From Candidatus Omnitrophota bacterium (GTDB lineage: Bacteria > Omnitrophota > Gorgyraeia > S143-82), in NCBI GenBank assembly GCA_015494465.1, contig WGBD01000001.1, positions 180,477 to 244,476 of the forward strand: a stretch of DNA of 64,000 nucleotides. The letters are read 5' to 3'. A model generated the notes under the pieces. The model was not told the DNA's origin and did no database searches. It saw nothing but the letters and a program-made list of their open reading frames with translations. Below are positions 38,201-40,542 of this stretch, piece after piece. Within the stretch, counting starts at the first letter, position 1. The number at the start of each line of letters is the position of its first letter. The position numbers and the translations under genes were made by a program.

Positions 38201-39592
38201 CGCGAGTTTGGATTCCAGATCCGAGCCTTTTATCCAAGCAGGCGCTGCATTCTCTCCATCCGGGGTAAGGCTATAGGCAAGGCCGTTCATCAGCGCAGTG
38301 CTGGCTATCTTACCACCTAAACCTGAGATACTCGCCCGCAGATAAGGCTTGGAACTGATGTGCTTGGCGATGAGGTTGTCCACACCTACCACTGATGCTC
38401 CAACTATTCCTCCTTGCAGGGCACCAACCAAAGCCGCCTTGGCCACCGAATGCCCCACCCAATCCACGGTCTTGGACCCCAGGTTCCCGATAATAGTCTT
38501 CTCTACCACCATACGCTTAAAGGCCTCTTCTGTCAGGTGCTGCTGGATGGCTGTCCGTTTCAGGTCGTACATCTGAAGCCCTCCCAGGGTGGCCTGCTGG
38601 GCTACAAAACCGCTCAACTGACCCACCCACACCGGAGCCTTAAGAACCCCAGTGGTAATGTTGGAAGCGATGTTTCCTACATTGGCTGCCGTCAAAGCGG
38701 TGGTAAAGCTCGTCCCCGTGAGAGCGGAACTAACCCCCGCACTTACCAAAGACATGCCCACACTCAGGGCCACATCGCCAAGGCTCATCCCCGGAAGCAT
38801 ATCATCGATGTCCACTGCATCTTCGGGCCCTTCCCTTCTGAACCCACCCCGCAAAGCGAGTGCCTCTTCCAACCGCAGTACTTGATAGCCACCACGCACT
38901 CTATTAAGATCCCTCCTTGGAACCAGCACCACACCAGAGAAGTGCTCCGAGAAGTCTTTCAAGGGCGAGATAAACATCTCGCCATTGCTCACATATGCCA
39001 TTACCTTCCCAACCGACAGGACCTCAACATAGTGCCCGCCAAAGCTATCCAGGAGGGCGATAAAGCGCAGGCCTGTGAGGGCCAACAAATCCTTCACCCT
39101 TATAGGCACCAGCGGAAGGTGGTGATACGCAGAAAGCAGAGCCAAGGCGTAGACGGAGACCTGTTTGAAGTTCCCAGTCCCACCGGCCTCAATGAGATCC
39201 ACCATCCTAGAATAGAGGCCAAAGCCCTTTTTAGGCGAGACACCGTTGTCCAACAGGAATTGGTAAAGGACCTCCTCACCACAGTTGGCGAGGTAATCCC
39301 AGACCTTGTGCGGGTGTTTGCTTACGCCCCAGGCCAACAAGGCCTTCCTCAGCCACTTATCGTCCTTTGCATATCCCCACCTTACCGCAAGATCGTAGGC
39401 AAGGGAAGGGGGCAGCTTTTCTCCCAAGACCTGCAAGGCGGTACTCTGCACCTGTGAGGCCAAGGTCCCTAACCGGATGTGGCGGGCGAGGAAATTAGGA
39501 TCGTAACCGTATGCCCAAGAGATATTTTCAAATATGAATAAAATGCTTGTAAAAATCGCCAAAAATTGGGCAAAAATTTTTCTGCCCTTCAT
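8234..39592 (-). CDS. giant (~10,450 aa) multidomain membrane protein: signal peptide, C39-like peptidase, SecA-like ATPase, YD-like repeats, GT48/FKS-like glucan synthase
   Basis: Uninterrupted 31.4-kb ORF; ATG 39592 lies 8 nt after AAGGGG; N-terminal signal peptide MKGRKIFAQFLAIFTSILFIFENISWA; many hydrophobic helix clusters; domain motifs listed separately. Confidence 0.93.
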   Translation of the reverse strand: MKGRKIFAQFLAIFTSILFIFENISWAYGYDPNFLARHIRLGTLASQVQSTALQVLGEKLPPSLAYDLAVRWGYAKDDKWLRKALLAWGVSKHPHKVWDYLANCGEEVLYQFLLDNGVSPKKGFGLYSRMVDLIEAGGTGNFKQVSVYALALLSAYHHLPLVPIRVKDLLALTGLRFIALLDSFGGHYVEVLSVGKVMAYVSNGEMFISPLKDFSEHFSGVVLVPRRDLNRVRGGYQVLRLEEALALRGGFRREGPEDAVDIDDMLPGMSLGDVALSVGMSLVSAGVSSALTGTSFTTALTAANVGNIASNITTGVLKAPVWVGQLSGFVAQQATLGGLQMYDLKRTAIQQHLTEEAFKRMVVEKTIIGNLGSKTVDWVGHSVAKAALVGALQGGIVGASVVGVDNLIAKHISSKPYLRASISGLGGKIASTALMNGLAYSLTPDGENAAPAWIKGSDLESKLAPLTKGGFGRGIKDAFSRTNLSQWGSEGVGLAVTGLAEKKGWVKDNFLRGLVSTSISSAVGRGIASTGEGYSGSSLASSEFWKDVLISGVRGGIADLAVGKLEDLAEDKLGLSPYASSQVTTLALVGASALWAKATTHPVVGPDGKMTLRRPTWKEAFSGSMRQLKGVLATWRPPELGNYGDFSSYQAASSGYAMRLANAAGIVQMSGIADKLKEHGVSDWRYHLLPTPGEVWGRMVSQGAHAVSTNIMDKIFLSSGLYALHLSDKRPVFVGLNGVYGSEGKGIKFGDVLGMKIRKGSGPFAGLFSRWMDNSTTFLGYVNRAGEYANNSQLYDLATYTPVGTFENRYTYDERMEEDITVGIATHAKFFSYRVPTYLSSSGQLNVGRVLGAFRRLEAGGTDLGQLDNILRKEETGKAYLGRLEERFAKGNLPGEMGMLLSDGIVGGRFYYLSPEGKVPVFSWGRNDLIEKGTGLPKGVHQIGREWVYTTGVIHRKESDEYWMDEGSIFHFSWDKTVRSTNTPSPQRQPTPQALASVRTTQLSRDVVALTAELPENVGKARLKADEGVRAKEVFASLRAGMRVNPFAEEGMAFDFRNTMLWGKKAGEIEINGIRRGFALSEKTGWVEPISKQKFWTAVLDNKLELAPGTAARISHIAFDRYRVENGIGYEAEAQFEKPVSATFDVNTVMRGEGFKLSYHMDKLEGSSKEVRGELTAYYPGEEWTLNLLFGPEKTFSTLEDNPLDAFLWRDYSIQTGETRSMVLSPEDKVLRSKDDKFLVALAAPQQTVSETGAGASQTSGSNTKGEMPPFQFDFITSLGDDVNPYNLGYMDKAKVKFEGIAQSLPGFGGSTSISGSGDLFDASMNKNLIVKFGKYTNPETRGFVAVDNYLREDRVSHRVVKHVRPEDLAKTSVMRIKDGRYYYGAGSWNVQADITDEMQGGPITQMNVTFTPTRVLSSTISFGNKTIGRDFAEQGNKNLPQGRVDPMNIRFAWDRGNISERMVATIPVYDSKGNERAGVYGLDVVRTSQSLIDAGAWWAKRVSATYSRVWGTRLLPDRAPPRGQPPQDQPIPEGHGFMDIKWVKEVISSNPDSPAKDRYLLVSLSNALANPQSSTYDIIPRNLVVRGQGPIKETYLGGLLADKVDMDARPEQGGAWDFYFNEAGAISSYKGVLKHGALITQNNVTHLDTVLRDEKTGETHKVKVDFGHGVSFTWDVTPDQGINRRINATKPLDVTVSYNNYKNQQAKMSVDKSGRAFINGKNRLTLPVHAMRISGGNPDSGNAGRPKKIDIPKTEADFVGRASELVAELNFKPPSKILLNNTFSSVRIGKGSAEVTGDFVDRRVLTNITIHGETADRMPITYGTGKNGAPNVVNQVAFTNKMTATFNPNGEVKFSGVNEGQVVWIQIPFEGKRGWVKVQTPDVGNVKEAANVRRIKEGRLKFEEAKYKLRGGNLTLAGGKGLKVAFKVDGVSNWRQSNLSYDRAHNAWKVEGENWFVPFLSAGPGSSPGSGSSGGISTIEVKVRKEGAGLLATDQRLTIFMTNMYGTLSAYQSNAVKLRFTGDVENANYLLVGTFNTGRSAKTPVQNIEVLQNINRGATYDRVTGFGGVNLTGGTTVANMYNLASQKQVLLAREVTNNQIKGIFETAKGVEDLAEKLNALKISREVKDAIIKAYKGETLTDKEMKALNELGIGIGTLSLSSKKADIVALTGGGTGIRGDLNIKVAHGRQELVTQKVQVNAGAVNIKGDLPVLVNVIAVPSSPKPKGPVEATRAGARVYKEGDIVRAKGVEWSLTGLGTVANATGRFAGNLAMAKDYFYFSDGKTRPIFPTAIVRGPSGDIKGVNIVRGWTWGDKVRDRRGLVSIAKMVYGVHIDTSAGKNGVYLAGDDRMLTVKALQDLSGKEWRAFIPNLDEKKGLVRYEEKGLFMGKSAVALKALRPQETTISFVNRSLQDTAFRQYFKNYSWSNSLEGLKKQGLTAEYIRPSVLFQVSSDYYAHKVAQSPELRHLWVTNPLRNRQDLSEAYKKFVTQHTWESFAALRKKLGKAFKENPQLLKDWRDAYIGDTFSTGVRQSLAPVSFLVKIPAKIGIILERMFGHKESAKRSERTLNRELDLMSRGYVGEFKSLVPILTGLSPEKVSKVVDEKYGAAQKIGKSIGYLHAIAPILAHSAAVEVLAGAALAPVVGAVRAGRVVEVAKGTLGRAGSRVIGAGRVMGKIKGIRGVPVRIWESVGSGLEGRLVGRVAGRVVEWGGRLGGELRGRITGIGARVSGRLSGLGSGVGERIALGGGRALVPTGAGVSSASLIRTVATASFFVPAGNGQSLGGRAMGLVSAGVSRAMDRAVFWIGREDLNKAGVKTKQEYLLKRYEQTGNRRYLLYGLLYKGAETSLTMGAFGLLFGGFSRLTRGASFSSSLAFDLANTWFVIRPFYAEASRQLGWMWHNRALVGQALAGNLKSIDQRRGVYENLTGFAGTLLGASVAHVGTGRILRAGEGAVKGWRGEAVEGQFGLRGALRGAREGFGAWKSLPKEFGMAMTSEAAMMGVGATFGGKALSTALVGRTVVQSSVGHVAENLQGLERDVNKVLTGKVSTSEVKSRRVHPVAREVTNLFYRIETKRSGEVALAPRIPGSKVLGIHEMPLGRANSISAGAVRSMLKEGSYRLPVQEMSGGEAVKVLTGEKRMHQDALVNSLNQRKAMEVLAQEGRSFRGLRQMGLSPEMAFEISTLNMAREGRVAQSVDALLKGYGKEFAEGRITIDAYVSSLRKFAEGIGERNGLSRERLRADIENAVGGRLGTLISKDTANGVEKPQVDRTKMESEIEKAIQARISGKEVNDVVSIAKKLTGTLFGDKSQLSLSPETYGKVREEIVDAAIAIKSFESPYEISRMKAARVNENYRLVRTSLLQHPVFQEALKGSIRITSTPARDLLRQAVDEASERVARKAVEKGAVLEASGDLGETVKNLFPAEAKVGDLLGKTSAHRAGSVGVQEAVDALAGMGSPSAEVLRSMMKASEGMGGNKDLFRMGAKEFRSVYTEAVKRSTMVESARGILPKEKFALFEQKFDALVAKIDKGLGEQMVQEGETGVKVDGKEVRHAVKVILKEFAPDMKLSKEEVESLSRHIGGAVLASWATKEAFRKVENKGFKPKAVQELKGILGAKFWNIEAPVGGGKTYASEMMAISHNYAKEGFTELYLANSALVKNFVDNKVIQEALKLTGNKMYVMTSNENLIRDYRGKENIKVIDPTKMDAKEIREVLTNTNERRVVVGEYSAFQQAMNKLYEAGEYTAFIAKRREIGDRARVIIDEEAILRTPVDAIIGDGGAPIADVVEKEIQPAWEGVKRALGRYEGKGFEEFLNENFNYNQQTGMFEIKEGANPQVLKDFRLERRGDKLVGKGVSVAGVNSLVTVLAEIEGVKVGGGKLVFDRMVSWYGKEKRFVPYSEGQFRPEQISKNVQYVGAKAFLSGLISKGEFKPEEVRVGAEQVKHVSTLLKERGFDYKAALENTRAGGITVTSTSVGELLNVARLGDVVFLSGTLRDIEPLVEGITGKRVKTIGRPITLVLDGEKVVMTSGKQTGVFWDVFKEEKKDKFINNVVNGIVSGLNLKGKEKVDAYYVVVEDTGMRQEILKRLREKGINAEDYTDKPEELESVARNLGEKGAGAPEVILVSELGARGITAGDKARVDLIDIVSPSQSKALAEQVLGRINRKEGGSSGNAYIYVADSLVKNFLKENLFRSKDVSRTLDLIDQVDMRVMKTRTEAKARVKASNVSYKEMWKKIRSDILDKDGNLKEEELDKYLEGEGKEKSKVLALYLAGMQAVESAKATRRILTDVMRANLFTTPWKMFVSGAKNGVLGRPEVYERLKRIETEEILNPKDNPFEQLLSREKILTPEELVRESLEAVRTQMDRMIDRVEREVGKGVAKDLKEAFRYGELDAYLRGEAKGQEIGKIVERLWGKDVLNGGSSAVSQSHLEREMKKEARVEVQTAPSSQPEFTPQWNEGAISALMVEKAPGHGRTAYDTAKVVVNALAKDMPVEVRRNLEYQLARSFAGMSPTTLRAPPAVANLLNGALNKLPNQISSALQSVNQITAQISQLNPNQVSNEQLQQISVQLNSLLANPVVSNVLAEDKNQILNQAIENISKGSFNGDTQKQVVEALSEIGKKLNTRKDEVETLNEKFTSPAQALAGIKNISEKVGDKTGEIRDALTHVFVNPNLSYEQALRVVGYSELMRNRLGITDEDFIRKEAFRAKDMGLEEFLNNLSVRLSTPKRVGASKVASVNLAHQRAKMEFLREWRNPSLGWSGKIGALGGYLGSVASSSLKAILSTPLAVERELALPEIDNGKVLDNIGALKGQLGLRLRDRMIPSFSFSAPVGPMPKVATGTALAGVVGLGLLLLNPSIALATGGAIAVAGASGIAKVIAGVSSLPVLGWSVLNRGVPKRGIRWSEIESKGLTALGLNSLEDGKLAREMATAMLAGGKAEAVRSVLSGLETALGDRAKAIEDNITVRDAMKLADSDVSLRDKFDILARYLPDEGQLRGLKRALAEASAPANPFATMLENRWMAKFAQVDPVSSAIDAVARAVVNNGVENTDLVGKVLSALVNGGNEDLSSLLGAGERANKQFKDLVDRYRKEGRLARLYHKGLSVQSRVLGRKGYLLPLTVLTVTSGGAGLLAMFGTYAGWKAVTKGPGAIMSDLANSRLSLTTAVPVLAGMSFLPSVGMPAAVAAALAGAAGGAVLGIGRELRALLSQLREANWKEAIRKTDWRSLAGSAFKAGAGLGAIYAGGMLATAHASLWAYWGIGIPALFVGYSQFIQGWLGLRRTAASLSNEKMTGYAGNEALKVAVDSLGRVELVPDESNRLEGISGDRERLVKEFGLKEETIKRLSEAEVSSLRRELERRKEEYLLSAYSSVRSAGFVWEMDEVALKEFAQRFMGLDEARLSNLSVHELRRTIANWYARLGITGLPKKLAVYAWVADKLGWSTARRMVDGVMFVPRTMIHLLDSFFGQSFRKRWLVAQFRDYRVLPEEEVNRVVSAFLSLPEEERGNFGIVGKTRSAFERNVTLGGTLDFLKRRGTLFVLSSLATLGVANLFALAPFLSTGVVSLFGHKVAIAPYLANTFSLSALFTAPSMVKVRRIRSAQRKLDELLRAVGYQNNAPPVRVDDTTAVRELLRKLREEQDLEDERLVGLARSLQFFWPEVEWRSLVNELGLDVKEVRLSLPERTVSYLATFGRGLFSSTTLRYALPGMVPLMLLPLEIHMVLSTAHHLHISWLVAPIETTMLNLVRSGVMVASSVVLPGLGSSVAGLVGGVNERDRLAKEAGKATSEPSFLERTLGRALNWLMGSVASPVKAGERPKEIKKGPAPVKVKTPKITNPVKVQQKIEQATIEAKKPVPEKVLNALETEFRKALNWKKIQRKMLNKETYALQVEGPEYSIKKVFTNPIAFKKWVKKIKEEGGEVIVKNAINGQILTPADLDAIHREGKNVPVMLEVKAKSGEEYRFFFGYHAWEKDKAVQEQYLVSREVANALDRALAEGDVERALKVLDDYIKGLSSGRSGGEGGDDPNAQILRELKRVRQMLQAKASARQTGPIVAVVMDVDPVTGIPTGVKALISKGELKEVILPDGRKQVLVKVGDKEYEVKAYRVKGTSDELEEVTWEEIKSKASGSLQFRIVVKGEKDARRMPMLFGTVWSAKQEFARSILSAISQASMVSHLEGQVRAGTAWFFATLGSAFVSPQIGAGFKLAAILFGILDRYVGRHDYEQAFRQKLNDYLLWVMAVEKVRKENAGRKLDPTSTAVRGEVLKAYKWLKSKYGQDLNEADYQELYRLFMSAIRNVDEDKDFVKALGQGDATEKLDRDILTFTGILSSLAELTEKDWDRGAKEVFHNYWFGLPWEIKLHNIVYKFIDREYLSYDHAPKYKVEKSKGPYGREKAKKLNRLPIGVTIDVRYILHQLREFVDKTNTLEEVRDRNPLFKLLFWWKDSLKDALHIYLWGVDITLPFRIKATKDLVEILTNQKKGYEDTDVLLVKGRDVKEKMSLEEFESRLAEFDPAKGGWVLLGYMSPSGKMSGENKGSSVPVYAYVEVKKGRLGQPDAEIEVKGMAMFTSKGVRKSLEISRQKYQNMLKYFRVVNQRQGGVIIEELDEKGHTKEIVDIRPGKDAQRTARRLQTSAAQIVRFWDVYKRYHFRVQEMKEALKGAKGPDRKILLQGIEAIRTLEEEGVDVSRLKEVFDVDMYFSKFYLPYKDGSVKRFTIIVSTDEVAKQVKRLKLQGEFARKVEGALKQGKIAISVGKENGEVKEVVVDEKEVRAIFNKINHLPDVERIKAFRKDFVNIPIDLDGDGEKEVITVHFPSGDKPVEVDWVNPDTGLVEKLVIKDGHLLAQISANGKVTIYNWKKYSDERDFLVKDSAEVYEFSRDVRGRSWDEIRRLIYTGKARHLYHIRIHQILRDPNKEVVDLSEITEIHEVLDLRTGEKKKVFYGWFLQPVMVEKRGDRFAENHQIIENEFDRQGRLKRSAVYKGRDSRLYLAELWERALVDKDGNASFKVIKFTPDRSEIARETVKLDIFGRDIERKLANGGVIKTLYGGLSDLPKRVIFYRPDGKVAKEIYDIHIEKGGMAVGKVKGEDTAWYEETWVWDRKELSADPVLKMNANTVEQVKEIREDGTVVREVKDKHGELLKRIEEKWVKIDGKVWKVAEVWSYREGKSYQISDAYGDLIARAVPTRYVDEKGSTSYGLVWTRVIYEGKIAGNRVRMREAILVDYLPKDIRDLLPRMLSGKWDGARQEILERARSRYDAKKKEVWVRFEKYVRYRTKDGKTRTGVKTREEKVGPAGVPVRVKLVDKKYDQEWWIRKVYPEKGGLTPERQVILERTPLGELADIRGQNEEVTGEVTIAGKVYTIKRVVDRKTKVAYAVIEGDWDELKERLSPELISKITSSLKKDVRAWRSGILLKEKGKHYFVYAQGEEYIEVQAKGLDEIKGLPENVKAKLRDLLQERKVLPNAYLAFTIRRNPISGMDHIKVYVPEDNALGQELVEFVVDEKGLVPPVMLLPRQFLLSEPVVMERYQLTEGNWINVGKIVQADVSKKDGDVFVTAQVIYFDKSMVIQDYRASNNPFGQLMKIMSESRKEKAFPIPATGVAVQPPIGGTICKGKWVLRGPGKESTIAELESFGEMSGDSLIKHILQNIRGIDPTVSKEMLELFARLRGTDLSLGRTRVVSNGKVIVSLVKAGDPAAREVGRLEINEKGEILSITLYGKWLDKFPVMGYEIDLVNHKIYKVWTEMNERAYLDLLDDKALHFFLKQVDLGHLQGEGARQVLAKMVNVVVRDLVAEREVNGNWKVYKPRRWVDVLLMGTYDIGLSNPVGKLSVEVDRENGKIVPRRILQGSLYRIGQITSEVEQVRQILGDKAEILHRVAQGGARRLVKIGNVSFVLIGFEKNRAEFAETFILEVRNPGDTHLPMGTRIYIRRYYGDRDLYYVSFVDKNGNALAEYLYDANRGKWFEQFHVKRYVWQDEEGNDYTAIEVIPTHKYQKSTKDLGRKYILLRNGVLIYSTTQLTRDMSTAEGVPTFVHLWDYFRNSFLGKILFGIFPVGTPEGILEKVLKEGELVADTEAVSHLAEELSPYFASAVEQVIRHKDEYRTPDLEKPIKAKPKEGTARDWQGNRNWLGAIVGLLTKQLSPSEAYRVILPTAVGLFAFWYLWIGGLLFVLPMLVAVFGVPVVYWLSRKQLRKMYSQFRLNLNSMTWRQVQELGLSKEETALVMMARQRALGFRNSLEFVEAMFKTRYQVDRDDEKVAFLRGGGFVNEVRNRLGLGEDVSWQELRDKLEGREDLQALTLALILASLSGADLSKYPKAKKALMRASRELVRIGNFSLPAVAWDSFRGVSDLDGIIDWISSGRENLGGFLKRFAGRLSDEERRKMEEDLRDSAKRLQALGMDEEVGRRRLLSIALGYILASDAYKQELADRMDEFFSAEGWKKDPYLNQYYVNMRASMFNRFLDGLTEINGRPRLKVEVVDFPGEEELAKEDLFIFDYTDDMNPYPVDFEYGRFSYGALHGVRYWLGMNALISRGIYSLTSQGRFEEWLWENIVSKRIYDEDIVSAVNALIPQISNLRSVLIKVMASNISAHETQRDAATLIRGKGRVMTEEVLNIVFRYLNQVNRGLYKGNSAQVRESAKALQDTLVAIAEGKEVSPAELDRAMFRFYKALIDAGDVILTGRRFNIWEYKFKELGFVWKNMGRIFSQGAVNNLTYKERMRRIAHLAIMLSSLGLALLIGSYFDWDVVNVGVPAGVDLRSLVGLPLAGAIAVVSVALYDTQVKRRLTGRSLILAQTILGLALLALAGAVVLHTFHAPVIPSTVIEIPDPVRYALAVGAYVLAFFTMVVLTPFSQSYLTMGSLGLRTMNEMALYAVGDNPKEIRRALVDLLTDERVGYVNTRLTLGEENRVKFALVLEAMSSTEEGEMLISPEVVRQLERAMGITRGEDGEIDVDRFGAVDRAELERLLDALLKNGAIKSRFRDFANQLLRRGGLTLYRSASEFDNQIIVHNGYSELPFFTVNELFAKNENEDHMVSRIGLLLSVPEKREEFVALKDYARSMREKGPEWTYLEKMLDDLLAYADRPEDIPDVHTWLEKLFGEKAKTEGVEKALNLLTVWANRRLQAAVNTTSTARWALNRVYTATLILNKESVRDRLEEMVNYKAVLPETVISYAFKKGYTPDEEGKLLYDWASERLKEDLPKLSEREVRDLYLSSRIRVVSRLLQPHMNVAQNEEIFDLEKDVDTYKRFFYGAMETSERVRDLWEKGQGAIEDARVPGKVIGENGGIATHGLKRFLYEVIATDSMPFIMSSNEQFHGAKWNQFAAVVPLSTSRAILAVDADHAFRPENQFAEVGELMNYRFDSYASATIPKIRHHMSKGFGIIGKVLPVGEEGFYASHIGKYEIGGMGAYGKFFIRTTPMRWSEGATTSYVAEDLMTVIAFQSFTGGDRYPVGYYVSQNPSMIIEKAWPYQYVDAATPVYKWSQDAPESAYSRYSINMMLAPSSSWAYILNNYWLDGLGFYTKKVLITRYIRWALLAFLILDWNPFTATPLALWISGLLLSQAININLLLYHVRILGKGWKRGIKDMLKEIPARLYWAYVHWLFMYEESVGQVGMKMYARFITTPGKGAQLAYAPEKRIYGIAYRTIKQYALISLLTFLFAGASPLKMVLWGVTFFMPIAGALGPALMNPADKRPTKNLWELLGKGGRVVAIAGAVAGAVLLPGVVMGIKSLIGSAIVGSGVLGVLSLWPFAILGAGLGWVAGVLMANGESRYRMLFRIKQLGRIYWYGVADAVEGVITRLMLGDTMRRVFLLDPYKLYNYEVGKKAPVNPYAIYRRISAGPLFAMLARWPKLPDLEEEKGKKEEEKKEKVKGEAGAGGSSVNEKGKEEKKETKKAQEKWEDRARALSTTISEILIAYVTLYAKNGMIESVKDEIIDRVAGILERNPKIAGVYWAFVNEKYILNKEKKRKVPLHNLEMTLYGKLEAYKDEVPDLDEVEISEKEIRDVLNALVKVEDELEQKYGMPGLRPSRFWALFDRGPLAVIMAIPLMAVYTVWIGLTYVIVPVRLALQGVRSRGRVRQVPGPSDAGVWMRLKARVRNWFRGTRMGIDVAPLKRKDAGLRFEVSVREVRPGAKVLVDVRKAGLLRRMEMAHMEAKVRFWLRQAGVRADYVLIWVEDRPEGAKAVQLLDNGVLVLDASAMREDESSFKEELLGLFSPRARITDAIDSIRIEGVRDSLHMRRALKDVVDALVREGYSEDEILTALLRYREIRMAERPMLMDADKGILYIHPVLLENGRASRIMLRAGLHFGIERQLRPTASKEELFFSMFDYMSSLISQVYRKSISYYVGRVVAKIIPGMEVYRIKELMDIASRKWPEEVKSLSMFGISLFEMAEEWRWWLTREIWERNPFMYGVYRLWRRLRDGLIVINQRWRGLWFRLWHKAPPVEVRRAFETAV
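10300..13440 (-). other. GT48 (FKS/callose synthase)-like beta-glucan synthase domain within the giant protein
   Basis: Ordered motifs FRDFANQL, HNGYSE, VWANRRLQ, HGAKWNQ, AVDADH, YVAEDL, YKWSQDAPESAYSR, DGLGFY, ARFITTPGKG, flanked by TM helices. Confidence 0.7.
15250..19300 (-). other. degenerate YD/RHS-like beta-repeat region within the giant protein
   Basis: EFDRQGRL, LDIFGRDIE, YRPDGKV, DKHGELL, DAYGDLI, DKNGNAL turns between short beta-strands; DLDGDGEKE loop. Confidence 0.45.
26700..28800 (-). other. SecA-like SF2 ATPase domain within the giant protein
   Basis: APVGGGKT (Walker A, 28703-28726), IIDEE (Walker B, ~28301-28315), FLSGT, SELGARGIT, EQVLGRINR in canonical order. Confidence 0.7.
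38912..39304 (-). other. peptidase C39-like domain within the giant protein
   Basis: NCGEEVL (Cys107), SVYALALLS, FIALLDSFGGHYVEV (His190), VSNG (Asn206), FSEHFSGVVLV. Confidence 0.65.
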
Positions 39593-39635
39593 AGGCAACA
39601 CCCCTTACACATCCACGATCATAACCTATTGCTAA

Positions 39636-40538
39636 TCAACGGAATCCGCCGAACACATCTCCTTTCATAAACTTTAAAATAACCGGTCCTGCTACCACTA
39701 TAAGTATAACAGGAAGGATAAAGAAAAGCAAAGGGAAAAGCATCTTGATAGGGGCGGTCATCGCCGCCTCCTCCGCCTTCATTATCCTATACACGCGCAT
39801 CTCGTTTGCCTGTATGCGCAGGATCTCCCCTATAGGGGTCCCCATCTTATCTCCCTGGATCAGGGCCCGAACGAATGACGACACCTCAGGCATATCCACC
39901 CGCCAGGCCATGTGCCTAAGTGCCTCGGCACGGGATCTTCCCATCTGGATCTGGCGCCAGACATGTGAGAGCTCCTCAGTAACCGCACAGGGTTTGTAGT
40001 CCCTAACCACCCGTTTCACCGCCAACATAAAGTCCATACCCGCTTCCACGCACAGTTTTAGCAGATCTATCACATTGGGAAGCTCTCTGGATATCTCTTT
40101 TCTTCTCTTGGCAATCCTATTGTTAAGCCAAATGTCCGGTAATATAAACCCTATGAACACCAATAGGATAGCGAGATCTGGCGAAGGGAGGTTGCCGATC
40201 AGGAGATAATACAATACGGGCACCAATAACAAAGAGAGCTCTTTGATCGCCATGAACTCGTTGACGGTAAGCGGAACATTAGCGGTAATAAGTTTACGGT
40301 TTATTTTTCTCTTAAGGTTGCCTAAAGGAAGAAGATCGTTTAGATTGGCTATTGGTCGCAGTAGTAATAAAAGTGCCTTCCAGTGTCCCCTAAGGCTGGC
40401 CAGTGAGCGTATGGCCTCCTCTTCGGACCACTCTTCGAAACGATGTCTTATTTTAGTATCTACCTTTCTGGAATAGAGATAACTGTACATCATCGCTGTC
40501 ACGAATAAAAAAATAGAGAGAACTACTAAAACTATCAT
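39636..40538 (-). CDS. tadC: Tad pilus assembly protein TadC (T2SSF family)
   Basis: LPNVIDLLKLCVEAG, GRSRAEAL, LIQGDKMGTPI, AEEAAMTAPIKMLFPL. Confidence 0.9.
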   Translation of the reverse strand: MIVLVVLSIFLFVTAMMYSYLYSRKVDTKIRHRFEEWSEEEAIRSLASLRGHWKALLLLLRPIANLNDLLPLGNLKRKINRKLITANVPLTVNEFMAIKELSLLLVPVLYYLLIGNLPSPDLAILLVFIGFILPDIWLNNRIAKRRKEISRELPNVIDLLKLCVEAGMDFMLAVKRVVRDYKPCAVTEELSHVWRQIQMGRSRAEALRHMAWRVDMPEVSSFVRALIQGDKMGTPIGEILRIQANEMRVYRIMKAEEAAMTAPIKMLFPLLFFILPVILIVVAGPVILKFMKGDVFGGFR

Positions 40539-40542
40539 ATTG

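Noticed and set aside
10265-39457. Long plus-strand ORFs opposite the giant gene (e.g. 10265-11893, 18719-20047, 20252-21754, 38414-39457)
   Set aside because: Antisense shadows of a GC-rich coding strand, with H/P/L-rich composition and no motifs; similar shadows occur opposite trpS and pckG
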